DNA of 64,000 bases from contig CAVTHS010000006.1 in NCBI GenBank assembly GCA_963734535.1, positions 207,901 to 271,900 on the forward strand. Direction: 5' to 3'. Shown in pieces: positions 19,338 to 30,610 of this stretch. Origin of the DNA: an uncultured Chloroflexia bacterium (GTDB lineage: Bacteria > Chloroflexota > Limnocylindria > Limnocylindrales > CSP1-4). The translations under genes were made by a program, and so were the position numbers. Under the pieces are notes generated by a model. It was not told the origin of the DNA, made no database searches, and worked only from the letters and a program-made list of their open reading frames with translations. How positions within the stretch are numbered: the stretch's first letter is position 1; each line of letters opens with the position of its first letter.

Positions 19338-21972
19338 TCAGCCGGGCCGAATCTCCCGGGAGGCCGGACCGCGTCGAACGGCGCGCACGAGCATTTCTTC
19401 GGCGCGTCGCACCAGGCCCGTGCGCCGGAGACCATGGACCGCCACGGTCCACGCCGCGCCGATGCCGAGCAGGGCCAGGATCTCGCGCGGCGCGAGGGTC
19501 GTGAGCTCGTAGAAGTCCCGCGCGACCGGGAGCGCGAGGATGACGAGGTAGACGACGAGCATGATGCCGGCGAGGAGCCAGGGCCACCACCGCACGAGGC
19601 GTCCCGGCAATTCCTCGCGCGCTCCCGAGGAGATCAGGGGCAGCAGCCCCAGGCCGCAGAAGACCGTGAACGTCGTGAGCACGGTCTGGGCCTCGACCAG
19701 CGAGACGCCCGTGCCGAGCACGTACGCGTACGTGGGGAGCGCGACGAGCACCACCGCGAACGAGACCGGGATCGAGACCCGCAGCGTCTCCGCGAGGAGG
19801 CTGCGCGGGAGCCGGCGTGGCGGAACCCAGATCGCCAGCACGATCAGCGGGATGCCGACGGTCGCGAACGCGAGGACCGAGTTCTGGCGCGGCGTCAGGG
19901 GGAACGGGAGCCCGGCCATCGCGGCGCCGGCGATGATGAGGAGCACGTAGAACGTGCGTGACAGGAGGAGGACGAGGGTGGCCTCCATCGCGGCCACGAT
20001 TCGCTGGCCCTCGATCACGGCCCGCGGCAGCACGTCGAAGCGGTCCCCGAGCAGGACGAGGTCGGCCACGCCGCGTGCCGCGGCCGAGCCCGACTCCATC
20101 GCGATCCCGAGATTGGCGCGCCGCAGCGAGAGGATGTCGTTGACACCGTCACCGACCATCGCGACGTAGTGCCTGCGGCTCCGCAGGAGCGCGACGAGGC
20201 GGGCCTTGAGGGCAGGCTCGACGCGCCCGAAGATCGAGCGTCCGCTCGGCTTCGTCGGCCGCCTGGGGATCGCCGAGCGCGGCGAGGGCGGGTCCGGAGG
20301 CCGCCTCGCCGGCGACGCCGAGACCCACCCGGCGAGCGAGCGCCTCCACGGTCGCGGGGTCGTCGCCGGAGATGACCTTCAGCTCGATCCCGGCCCGTGC
20401 AAAGCCGGCCAGGATCTCGCGGACATCGGGGCGCAGCTCCTCGCCGAAGCGCAGGAGCGCGACGGGAGCCAGGTCGGCCGGGAGCACGGGCCGACCCTCG
20501 GCATCGCGCAGCGCCGCGGCTGCAGGAGCCCGGGCAAGGAGCAGGACCCGCACGCCCTCGGCGGCGATGGCGGCCGCTCGCGTCGCCACCTCCCCTGGGT
20601 CCGCGGAATCACTCGCGAGGGCGCCGGGAGTCCCGACGGAACCGGGAACCCCCACAGCCTCGTCCGCCCCGCCGTCGGGTGTCTCCCGGCCGTCCTCGGT
20701 GGCTCTCGCCGGGCGCGGGAGGAGGACCGTCGGCGCGCCGATCAGCCAGGCCTCCCCATCGGCGAAGCGCAGGCCGGACCAGCGCCGCTCCGACGCGAAC
20801 GGGATCTCCTCGGTCACGGTCCGGGCGAGCCCAGGACACGCCGCCGCGATCGCCTCGGTGGTGCGGTTCGTCGCGGTCGTGCTCGCGGCCATCGAACCGA
20901 GGGTGGCGGCGACGTCCTCCGGGTCGTGGTCGCCCAGCACGTCGGCGCCCGCATACCAGATTCGCTGGGTCGTGAGCGTGCCGGTCTTGTCCATGCAGAG
21001 CGTGTCCACGCGGGCCATGGATTCGACCGCGTTCTGGCGCTGCACGAGGGCGCCGAGGTGGCTGATCCGGAGCGCCCCGGTCGCGTACGTGACGGTCACC
21101 ATGATCGCGAGGCCCTGCGGGACGAGCGTCACGAGGACCGCCGCCGCCGTCAGCGTCTGGGTCGAGCTGAACCCGTCCGGCAGGGCGGCGAGCGCGATCG
21201 CGACCGGGACGACCGCGAGGAGGACGAGCGCGGCGACCGCCCAGATCGTGGCGGCGATCTCGCGCTGGAGGGGCGTTCGCTCGTCGCCCACCCGCTTCGC
21301 CTCGGCCAGCAGCCGATTGGCGAAGCTTGCCGCGCCCACCGACGTGACCTCGAAGACGGCCGCGCCCGAGATGACCGCAGTGCCCGACAGGACCGGGTCG
21401 CCGGCCTCCTTCGAGACCGCGTCCGACTCCCCAGTGAGGAGGGATTCGTCCAGCTCGACGCGGCCGTCGCCGACCAGCGTGCCGTCGAGGACCACCTGGT
21501 CGCCACGTCGGGCGACGAGCAGGTCGCCCAGGACGACCTCCGCCGGGTCGATCCCGCGCTCTTCGGACTCGCGGATGACGCGCGCCTGGGGGCGTGACAG
21601 GAGCGCGATCCGGTCGAGCTTCCGCTTCGCGCGCGACTCGCCCGCCACGCCGATCCCGATGTTGGCGAGCACCGGGCCGGCGGTCAGCAGCGCCTCCACG
21701 ACCATCCCGAACAACAGCAGGAGGATCGAGACGCCGACAAGGATCCCGTTGATCCCGGGGTAGGAGTTCTGGCGCAGGATCTCCCAGTAGGTCCGCGAGG
21801 TGGACGGGCGGTACGCGTTTCCTTCGCCGCGTGCCCGGCGCGCGTCCGCCTCCGCCTCGGAGAGCCCGCCCGCCGCCGTGCGCAGCGGTCGGATGACGGG
21901 CGGGTGTGGCGGTAGCATGGGATGCCGGACGCCCGCGGCCGGGGTCGGCGAGTCAGCTGGCGCAGCGGTCAT
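19338..21972 (-). CDS. Cation-transporting P-type ATPase, CtpE-like (frameshift near 20235)
   Basis: 'LTGES', 'LVPQGL', phosphorylation site 'DKTGTLT', 'ISGD', 'MVGDGVND'. Confidence 0.92.
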
Positions 21973-22018
21973 CGCGGGGATCATGCCGGATCGTGGCGCT
22001 CGTGTACCGTTCCGCCGT

Positions 22019-22960
22019 GTGGACGCGATCGCGACGCACGGCCTCACGAAGCACTATGGGTCCGCGCGCCGGTGGGGCGGCCGGTCCGTGGGAGCTGCGC
22101 CGATCCGGGCGCTCGACGACCTGAGCCTCGCGGTCACGGCTGGCGAGGTGTTCGGCTTCCTGGGGCCCAACGGCGCCGGCAAGAGCACCGCCATCCGCCT
22201 CCTCCTCGGGTTCATCCACCCCACGGCGGGCAGCGCCGAGGTGCTCGGCCTCGACGTGGCCACGGCGGGCGCCGGGCTCCGGGGCCGGATCGGCTACCTG
22301 CCGGGCGGCATCGCCCTCTACGACGGCCTCACGGGGACGCAGCTCCTCGACTACCTGGCCGCGTACTACGCCCGTCCGCCGGTCCTCCGCGGCGGCCTGG
22401 TCGAACAGCTGGGACTCTCTGCGCGCGATCTTGGGCGGCCGATCCGGGACTACTCGCGCGGGATGCGCCAGAAGATCGGGATCGTGCAGGCGCTGCAGCA
22501 TGACCCGGAGCTCGCCATCCTCGACGAGCCGTCCGAGGGTCTCGATCCCCTCATGCAGCGGGCCTTCTACGCCATCCTCGACGAGCGGAAGGCCGCCGGC
22601 CGGACGGTCTTCTTCAGCTCGCACGTGCTCTCGGAGGTGGAGCGGGTGTGCGACCGGGTGGGGATCGTGCGGTCGGGCCGCCTGGTCGCGCTCGAGCGCG
22701 TCGGCGAGCTGGTCGCGCGCCGCCGGCGCCACGTCGAGGTTCGGCTGGGCGGCCCGGCACCGGGGCTTGCGTCCGCGATCACGGCGCTGCCCGGCGTGTC
22801 GACCTTCGAGGCGCGCGACGACCGGCTCGCGTTCGGCCTCGACGGCGACGTGACGGCGCTGCTGCGGCTCCTCGAGGGCACGGCGCTCATCGATCTCACC
22901 ATCGAGCCCGCCCGCCTCGAGGATGCCTTCCTCGAGCTCTACGACGAGCCCGCTCGATGA
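22019..22960 (+). CDS. ABC transporter ATP-binding protein
   Basis: 'GPNGAGKST', 'YSRGMRQK', 'ILDEP', 'SSH'. Confidence 0.93.
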   Translation: MDAIATHGLTKHYGSARRWGGRSVGAAPIRALDDLSLAVTAGEVFGFLGPNGAGKSTAIRLLLGFIHPTAGSAEVLGLDVATAGAGLRGRIGYLPGGIALYDGLTGTQLLDYLAAYYARPPVLRGGLVEQLGLSARDLGRPIRDYSRGMRQKIGIVQALQHDPELAILDEPSEGLDPLMQRAFYAILDERKAAGRTVFFSSHVLSEVERVCDRVGIVRSGRLVALERVGELVARRRRHVEVRLGGPAPGLASAITALPGVSTFEARDDRLAFGLDGDVTALLRLLEGTALIDLTIEPARLEDAFLELYDEPAR

Positions 22961-23769
22961 GCGCCGTCCTCTTCCGGCGGACGTGGGCAGCCCAGCGGGT
23001 CCGCCTCTCGTTCGTGATGGTCGCCCTCGTGGTCTGGGGCTTCCTGCTCCCCGTGATCTTCGCCACGTTCGGCAAGGAGATGGGGGCGCTCGCCCGGAGC
23101 GGCACGTTCGCCAACATGTTCGACCTCATGTCGCGGTTCACGGGCGGTGACGTGTTCAGCATCCGTGGAACGGTCGCCCTTGGGCTGGTGCACCCGATCG
23201 CGCTCGCGCTCGTGACGACCCAGGTCATCGGGTTCGCCGCGACCGCGGTCGCGGGGGAGCGCCAGCGGGGAACCCTGGAGGTGCTTCTCGCCCGGCCCCT
23301 GGAGCGCCGCGTCCTCCACCTGACACTGCTGGCGGCGATGCTGCTCTTCGCGGCCCTCACCCAGGCCGCGGTCCTCGGCGGCATCGTCGCCGGCGCGCTC
23401 CTGTTCGGCGTCGCGGGCGACCTGCAGGCTGCCGACATCGCGCTCTGCTGGCTGAACGGGTTCATGCTGTTCGGCGCCCTCGGGGCCATCTCGCTGGCCG
23501 CCTCGGTCAGCTTCGACCGCGTCGGTCCTGCCCTGGGGATCGCGCTGGGAGTGACGCTCGTCGCCTACGCGGTCGAGTTCCTTGGCACGCTCTGGCCGGA
23601 CGCGGCGTGGCTCCGGCCGGTCTCGCCGTTCCGCTACTTCCAGCCGACCCGAATCCTCGCGGGCACCTTCGAGCCCGCCGACCTGCTGGTCCTCGGCGCG
23701 ATCTTCGCCGCCGCCGTTGCGTGGGCCGCCTGGGTCTTCCCGCGAAGGGACCTCGCGGCTCCGAGCTGA
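22957..23769 (+). CDS. ABC-2 type permease
   Basis: 'AGERQRGTLEVLLARP', 'SPFRYF', 'RRDL'; ATGA overlap with the ATPase. Confidence 0.9.
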   Translation: MSAVLFRRTWAAQRVRLSFVMVALVVWGFLLPVIFATFGKEMGALARSGTFANMFDLMSRFTGGDVFSIRGTVALGLVHPIALALVTTQVIGFAATAVAGERQRGTLEVLLARPLERRVLHLTLLAAMLLFAALTQAAVLGGIVAGALLFGVAGDLQAADIALCWLNGFMLFGALGAISLAASVSFDRVGPALGIALGVTLVAYAVEFLGTLWPDAAWLRPVSPFRYFQPTRILAGTFEPADLLVLGAIFAAAVAWAAWVFPRRDLAAPS

Positions 23770-23775
23770 ACGTGC

Positions 23776-24669
23776 CTAGGGCGTCGCCGTCGGCGCGGTC
23801 GAGGCGGCCGGGGACGGGCTCGCGACCGGTGCCGGGCTGACGGAGGGTACAGGCGCCGCGGCCGCCGTGATGGCGTCCCGGATCGCCGACCAGCCCGAGC
23901 TGAAGCCCGCCAGGGTCCTCGTTCCGCCCGGGCCGATGACCCGCATCGTCGGCGTGGATTCGATTCCGAGGGCCCTGCCTGCCGCGGTCTCGTCGGCGAC
24001 CGCCGTGGCGACCGCCGGGTCGTCGAGGCATGCCGTGAATGCCGTTGCGTCGAGGGCCGCCAGCCCCGCGAGGGTGACCAGGTTCTCCCGCTTGAACGTG
24101 CCCTGGTTCTCGCCCTGCTGGGACGCGAACAGGAGGTCGTGGAAGCGCCAGTACGCGCCGGGATCCTGGCGGCCGGCACATCGCGCCGCGACCGCCGCGT
24201 CGGTTGACTCCTGCCCCAGGAACGCGAAGTCGCGGTAGACCACGCGGGCGATCCCCGGCAGGACGAAGGCGCGCTCGAGCGACCCGCCGAAGACCATCGC
24301 CTCGAGCCGGCAGTAGGGGCACTGGTAGTCGGCCCAGACCTCGACGGTGACGGGTGCTGCGGCGCTGCCCAGGGACGGCCCGATCGCGGCGTTCGGGGGA
24401 GGCGTGGGGGTCGCCGTGGGGGTGGGCGACGGTGACGGGGCCGGGCGCCCAAGGCCGCCAAACGCCGCGAGGCTTCCCGCGAGGAGGAGCGCCCCCGCGA
24501 GCGCCGCCGCGAGGTACCCGAGGAGGACCGACGGCCCCCGGCCTGTCGGGGACGCGGCCGGTCGCGCGCCGATCGGGACGACCGGCTCGGTCGGTACGGC
24601 CGCGAGCGGCGGCTCGCCCGTGTCGGCCGTCTCGAGGGCGTCGGCATCCGGTGGGAGGGATTCGGTCAT
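23776..24669 (-). CDS. Membrane-anchored DsbA/thioredoxin-fold protein
   Basis: TM segment, 'ADYQCPYC', cis-Pro 'STPT'. Confidence 0.88.
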   Translation of the reverse strand: MTESLPPDADALETADTGEPPLAAVPTEPVVPIGARPAASPTGRGPSVLLGYLAAALAGALLLAGSLAAFGGLGRPAPSPSPTPTATPTPPPNAAIGPSLGSAAAPVTVEVWADYQCPYCRLEAMVFGGSLERAFVLPGIARVVYRDFAFLGQESTDAAVAARCAGRQDPGAYWRFHDLLFASQQGENQGTFKRENLVTLAGLAALDATAFTACLDDPAVATAVADETAAGRALGIESTPTMRVIGPGGTRTLAGFSSGWSAIRDAITAAAAPVPSVSPAPVASPSPAASTAPTATP

Positions 24670-24936
24670 ACGGGAGGAACCTCGTCAGGGCGTACGGGAA
24701 GCGTACCCGAACGCCCTGACGCACGACCGGCCGGGAGGCATGCGGCCGGTCGCGTGCGCACCGGACCCCACCGCACGCAACGGACGGTGACGGTGAGCAC
24801 CGCAAGATCGTCAGTAGGGGCCACCCGACCGTCTCATTTCCGGTCCCATGGCGTGTAGAGTCGCCGCTGCGGCACGGCGTGCCGACCGACCGCCTCGGGT
24901 ACGGCGGATGCACAGGTCGAAAACGGGAAGGATCTC

Positions 24937-25901
24937 GTGTCGCCAGAACAGCTGACCTACGTCCTCATTGCGCTCATCGTGGCGGGTCTTGCCCTGGGTC
25001 TCCTGGTCGTCGTCGCCCTCCTTGCCCGGAGACGCGACACGGGCCCTTCCAGGCAGGCGGAACGGCTCTTCGCCGCGGCCAGGACCGCACCAATCGCGCG
25101 TCCCGGGGGAACGCCGCCCGCCGCGGCGCCCGACCCGGTCCACGCGGACAGCCCCGAACCCGGTCCTGCATCGCGCGTCGCGGTGGAGGGTGGATCGGTC
25201 GCATTCGACGCGCGCGACGCCCGGGCGGGATTCGGGCCGCCGACGCCGCACCGGCGGCCCGGGACCTTCGGGCCGCCGACGCCGCCACCGAGGCGAGCCG
25301 GCGCTTTCCCGTCGGCGACCGCCATCACGAACCCGGCGCCGAGGCGGCCATCGCCGGATTCCTCGCCCTCGAGCCGGGGCGCGTCCCGAATGAAGGCCCG
25401 ACGCCCGACCCGACCATCGATCCGCTCACGGGGCTCGACACGCTGTTCGCCTGGGAGCGGACGCTGGCCGAGGAGAACTATCGCTACGTCCGGTACCGCC
25501 GGCCGGTGAGCGTCGTCGTGGCCGAGGTCGACGGCCTCAGCCGCCTCGTCGATCGCTTCGGGGCCGAGCCGGCCCGCCGGGTGCTCCCTGCCGTCGGCGA
25601 TGCGATGCGCCGCCTCGCACGCCGCACCGACAAGGTCGCCCACGTGGGCGGCGGCCGCTTCCTGGTCCTGCTCCCCGAGACGGACGAGGTCGCCGCGATC
25701 AACTACGTGGAGCGCGTGCGAGTCGCCTGCGAGCGCTGGCTCGAGTCGGGCGCCGTCGCCCTCCACCTCTCGATCGGCTGGGCAAGCCCGACCGCCGTGG
25801 GTGAGCTCGACACCGCGATGCGCGCGGCCGAGGAGCGGATGTACGCGGAGCGCCGTCGCGCGTCGCGGCAGGGGAGTGCCGGCGCCGATCCGGCGCACTG
25901 A
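24937..25901 (+). CDS. Membrane-anchored degenerate GGDEF protein (frameshift near 25260-25320)
   Basis: N-terminal TM 'LTYVLIALIVAGLALGLLVVVALL'; 'DPLTGL', 'GGGRF' in place of GGDEF, 'SIGWA', 'AEERMY'. Confidence 0.8.
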
Positions 25902-26006
25902 GCGGCGCGCGCGCGTGCGGGTCGCTCAGCGCGCCCACGCCGCTGTCCCCGTGTTCCGGGGTTGCGGCCGGCCCGCCAGTGCCCGGCGGCCGGTCGCAGC
26001 CTCCCG

Positions 26007-27183
26007 TCAGACGACGGGCTCCGTGAGCATGATCGGGAGGCCGACCTTGTTCCCGTATTGGGGGCGGAAACGGTCCGCGTTGTACTGCCGCGCGACGTCG
26101 ACGGTCCGGGCCCCCGGTTCCGGGATCGGGCAGAAGCCGTAGCGGCCGTCCCGGATCGCCGTCATGTAGCCCGACTTGCCGTCCACGACGAGCTCCATCG
26201 CCACGTTCGCGAACGTGATCGCGACCATCTGGTCGAGGGCGTCCGGGTCGCCGGAGCGGAGGTCGTAGGTCAGCTCGGAGTCGACGGTCTCGATCCCGGT
26301 CCGGTGGCGGATCTCGTTGGCCAGGAACTCGCCGATGCTCGCCTTGTGGCGATGCCCGTACGCGTCCGCCTCGCCGACCTCCTTGAGCTCCATCCCAACG
26401 GGCAGTGCGCCCTCCGACGCGATCACGAATGAGTAGCGGCTCGGATTGTTGCGGCGATCCTCCACGAGCACGTCCACGAGGCGCTGGAGATCGAAGCGGG
26501 ACTCCGGGATCACGCAGCGCGCCGAGGTCACGTAGGCGGTGTAGAGGGCGGTGAACCCGGCATTCCGGCCGAAGATCCGGAAGACGCCGATTCGCTCGTG
26601 CGAGCCCAGGGTCGTCCGCTGCCGGTTGATCGCGTCCTTCGCCCGGGTAACGGCCGTCGAGAAGCCGATGCAGTACTCGGTCCCGTGGACATCGTTGTCC
26701 ATTGTCTTGGGGATCGCGATGATCTGGACGCCCGGCGTCCGCGAGCACCTTCGAGTAGGAGAGGGTGTCGTCCCCGCCGATGGAGATCAGCGTGTCGATC
26801 CCCAGGCGCTCGAGGTTCTCGAGCACGATGGGCGTGAAGTCGTAGATCCCATCTCCCGTCTGGAGCCCAGCCAGCCGGTCGGAGCCCACGAAGTCGGGCA
26901 GGTTGCCGGCCCGCATGCGTTTCGGGTTGGTCCGCGACGAGTGGAGCGCCGTCCCGCCCGTCCGGTCGATCGTCCGCGTGTTGACCCGGTCGAGCGGGCG
27001 CACGTAGTCGTTGTCGGGCTCGGGACCCGGCCGCATGTGGGTCAGCGATTCCCAGCCGCGCCGGAGTCCGAGCACGTCGAACCCGAGCTCGGTGGACCGG
27101 TAGACGACGCTCTTGATGACGGAGTTGAGGCCGGGGACGTCACCCCCGCCCGTGAGGATGCCGATGCGGTGCGAGCTTGACAT
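26007..27183 (-). CDS. pfkA: Phosphofructokinase, probably PPi-dependent (frameshift near 26725)
   Basis: 'TGGGDVPGLN', 'GGTALHSSR', 'IGGDDT', 'PKTMDND', 'GFSTA'. Confidence 0.9.
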
Positions 27184-27367
27184 GGGGCGATGGCGCTCCT
27201 GGCGTTGAGTCAGCGGTCCCATGGTAGCCCGCGGACGAAGCGTCGCGGTCGGGCCGGAGGTCACGCGCTGGCGGTCGCTTGCGCCCGCGCGGGGCCGCTG
27301 CGTACGTTCTGGCGGTCGTGCGCCCACGCCGGGCCCGGACGCGAGCCGGTCGCGACCCGCCGGACTG

Positions 27368-28618
27368 TCAGCCGCGGCGATGCACCAGCTCTGCCTTGTG
27401 CCGGTGCTCGGGCAGCCGGGCCTCCCCGCGCCCGCCGCCGGAGAACGTGTGGATCGGCTTCGGCGGCGTCTCCGGGTCGGGCAGGAAGCGCTCGATCACC
27501 TCCACGGGGATGGCTCGCTTCAGCAGGCGCTGGATTGCCCGCAGCAGGTCCACCTCGTCCGGGCAGGCGAGCGCGATCGCGATGCCGGACTGGCCGGCGC
27601 GGCCGGTCCGGCCGATACGGTGGACGTAGTCCTCCGCCTTGACCGGCAGCTCGTAGTTGACGACGACCGGGAGCTCCTCGATATCGAGCCCGCGGGAGGC
27701 CACGTCCGTCGCCACCAGGACCCGGACCTCGCCCGCCTTGAAGTCCTTGAGGGCCCGCAGTCGCTCTGCCTGCGTCCGGTCCGAGTGGATGGCCGTGGCC
27801 GCGACGCCGTGCCGGTCGAGCTCCGACGCCAGCCGTCGCGCGGCGACCTTGGTGCGCGTGAAGACGAGCACCTGCTGGAGATCGTGCGTCCGGACGAGGT
27901 GCTCCAGCAGCTCGGTCTTGCGCTCCCGGTCGACCGGGTAGAGCACCTGGCGGACCATCTCCGGCGGGGCGTTCCGGCGAGCCACCTCCAGCGTGGCCGG
28001 CTCGGTGAGGAACTCGCGGGCGAGCCGCCGGATCTCGTCGGAGAACGTGGCCGAGAAGAGCAGCGTCTGCTTCCGGTTGGGCATCAGCGCGAGGATCCGG
28101 CGGATGTCCGGGATGAACCCCATGTCGAGCATCCGGTCGCCCTCGTCGAGGACGAGGATCTCCACCTGCCCGAGGTTCGCGGCGCGTTGACCCACGAGGT
28201 CCAGGAGCCTGCCGGGCGTGGCGACCAGCAGCTCCACGCCGGCGCGCAGCTCCTTGATCTGGGGGTCCAGCGGGACGCCGCCGTACACGACCGTGCTCCG
28301 GAGCGGGACGTGGCGGCCGTAGGCCGTCGCCATCTCGTTGACCTGGATCGCGAGCTCGCGGGTCGGCGCGAGCACGAGCGCGCGGACCGGATGCCGCGCC
28401 GGTGAGAACGACGTGTTCGCGTACGGCTTGAGTCGCTCGAAGATCGGCAGCACGAACGCGGCCGTCTTGCCCGTCCCGGTCTGGGCGGCTCCCATCAGGT
28501 CACGGCCGGCGAGCACGAGCGGGATGGCCTGTGACTGGATCGGCGTTGGCGTGGTGTAGCCGGCGTCGGCCACTGCGCGGAGGAGTTCGGCCGACAGGCC
28601 CAAGGATTCGAAGGTCAC
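27368..28618 (-). CDS. DEAD/DEAH-box RNA helicase (RhlE-like), motif II = DEGD
   Basis: Q motif, 'AQTGTGKT', 'PTRELA', 'TPGRL', 'LDEGD', 'SAT', 'HRIGRTGR'. Confidence 0.95.
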   Translation of the reverse strand: MTFESLGLSAELLRAVADAGYTTPTPIQSQAIPLVLAGRDLMGAAQTGTGKTAAFVLPIFERLKPYANTSFSPARHPVRALVLAPTRELAIQVNEMATAYGRHVPLRSTVVYGGVPLDPQIKELRAGVELLVATPGRLLDLVGQRAANLGQVEILVLDEGDRMLDMGFIPDIRRILALMPNRKQTLLFSATFSDEIRRLAREFLTEPATLEVARRNAPPEMVRQVLYPVDRERKTELLEHLVRTHDLQQVLVFTRTKVAARRLASELDRHGVAATAIHSDRTQAERLRALKDFKAGEVRVLVATDVASRGLDIEELPVVVNYELPVKAEDYVHRIGRTGRAGQSGIAIALACPDEVDLLRAIQRLLKRAIPVEVIERFLPDPETPPKPIHTFSGGGRGEARLPEHRHKAELVHRRG

Positions 28619-28671
28619 GTGGGTGCAGCATACTGGAACGGACGCTGAGACCGCGCCAGGGAGGACGGAAG

Positions 28672-29587
28672 ATGGCCAAGACGAAGGCGCACGGAGGGAG
28701 CTCCGCGACCGCGGCGGGGCGCAACCGCCGCCCGGAGCGCGACGCGCTGAGCATCCCGGCCGCGGCGATGAACGACGGCGCCGCGACCGCCGCCGAGCCC
28801 GCGAGCGCCGCCGGCCCGAGCCGGAAGGAGTACGAGGCACGGCTCCGGCAGCTCGACGTCGAGCTCGTCAAGTGGCAGGAGTGGATCAAGGCACGCGGCC
28901 TCAAGGTGGTGGCGATCTTCGAGGGGCGTGACGCCGCCGGCAAGGGCGGCGCGATCAAGCGGATCATGGAGCCCCTCAATCCGCGCTTCGCGCGGGTCGC
29001 GGCGCTCCCGGCACCCACCGAGCGCGAACGGTCGCAGTGGTACTTCCAGCGCTACGTGGCCCACCTGCCCGGCCGCCGGCGAGATCGTCCTGTTCGACCG
29101 CAGCTGGTACAACCGGGCCGGCGTGGAGCGGGTGATGGGCTTCTGCTCCGAGGAGGAGTACCAGGAGTTCCTGCGCTCGTGCCCCGAGTTCGAGCGGATG
29201 CTCGTCCGCAGCGGGATCATCCTCATCAAGTACTGGTTCAGCGTCTCCGACGCGGAGCAGGAGCGCCGCTTCCAGGACCGCCTGGACGACCCGACGAAGC
29301 GCTGGAAGCTCTCGCCGATGGACGTGGAGAGCCGCGCCAGATGGCTCGACTACTCGAAGGCGAAGGACGAGATGTTCGCCCACACGGACTTCAAGCAGGC
29401 TCCCTGGTGGGTGGTCCGGAGCGACGACAAGAAGCGCGCCCGCCTGAACGTGATCACCCACCTGCTGAGCCAGGTCCCCTACGAGGACCTGACACCCGAG
29501 CCGATCGTCCTCCCGCCACGCCAGAAGGACACGGGCTACGTCCGGCCGCCGATGAGCGACCAGACCTTCATCCCGGAACCCTTCTGA
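28672..29587 (+). CDS. ppk2: Polyphosphate kinase 2 (frameshift near 29070)
   Basis: '[11 protein letters not shown]', 'QWYFQRY', '[17 protein letters not shown]', 'WKLSPMD'. Confidence 0.95.
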
Positions 29588-29636
29588 GCACCGGACGAAC
29601 CCCGCGATCCGGTGGGCCCAGGCCCGCGAGGTGACC

Positions 29637-30036
29637 ATGAGACCGAGCGGTCGACGCTGCTGACCGCCTGCGGGCGGCTGCTCGGCTCGATCGGCCTGCT
29701 CCTGCTCGTCGTGCTGCTCCCCGCCACGTTTCTCGTGGTGGCCGGCACGCTGGGCCTCGTGTCCGCGCCGGGCTGGGCGGGCGACAACACGACCACCTTC
29801 GGCTTCTTCCTGGTGGTGGTGCCGACCGGCATCGCGCTCGCCACCATCCACTTCCTGCTCGGCGGCCTGATCCTCGCGCGCCGCTTCTGGCCCGTGGTCG
29901 TCACGTCCTCCTCGTCCTCGCGGTGGTCACGCTGTTCCCGCTGGGCCTCCGCATCAGCTGGCCGTTCCTGAGCCTGACCCTGCTCTACACGGCGAGCCTG
30001 CTGCTCACGATCGCGCGGCAGAGCGAGTTCGGGTGA
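29637..30036 (+). CDS. Small hypothetical membrane protein (frameshifted)
   Basis: Hydrophobic helices; GAGG RBS; stop overlaps the ybaK start. Confidence 0.45.
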
Positions 30037-30540
30037 GCGGACGCGGGACGCCGCGCCCTGGCGGTCCTGGCGGCCGCGGGGACCGCACACGTGATCCACG
30101 AATACGAGGCGCCGGAGGGGACCGGCGGGCGCGATCGTGACGCGCGGCCCCACTACGGGCTGGATGCCGCTGCCGCGCTCGGCGTCGAGCCGGATCGCAT
30201 CTTCAAGACGCTCGTGGCGAGCGTCGACGGCCGTCTCGTCGTCGGCGTGGTGCCCGTGTCCGGCGAGCTCGACCTCAAGGCGGTCGCGGCGGTCGCGGGC
30301 GGCCGTCGCGCCGATCTCGCGGAGCCGGAGGCGGCGCAACGGGCCAGCGGTTCGGTCATCGGCGGGATCAGCCCGCTCGGCCACCGCCGACCGATGCCCG
30401 TCTACGTGGACGCCTCGGCCTCGGTCTTCGGGACGATCTTCGTGAGCGGCGGGCGCCGCGGGCTCCAGGTTGAGCTGGCGCCCGAAGACCTGGTCCGCCT
30501 CACCGGCGCCACGGTCGCCCGGATCGGCCGCGCGCGCTGA
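30033..30540 (+). CDS. ybaK: Cys-tRNA(Pro) deacylase
   Basis: 'IFKTLV', 'GGISPLG', 'SGGRRGLQVELAP'; indel near the 5' end. Confidence 0.9.
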
Positions 30541-30610
30541 CCGGTCACCGCGCCGGATGCCGCGCGGCGCTGCCGTCGAGCAGGCAGGCTAGCCCGTGGC
30601 CGACGCAGCG

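Noticed and set aside
4474-19961. Very long alternative-frame and antisense ORFs (e.g. 4474-6957, 9553-12660, 16560-19961)
   Set aside because: These are Arg/Pro/Gly-rich shadows of real genes, expected at this GC content, with no motifs.
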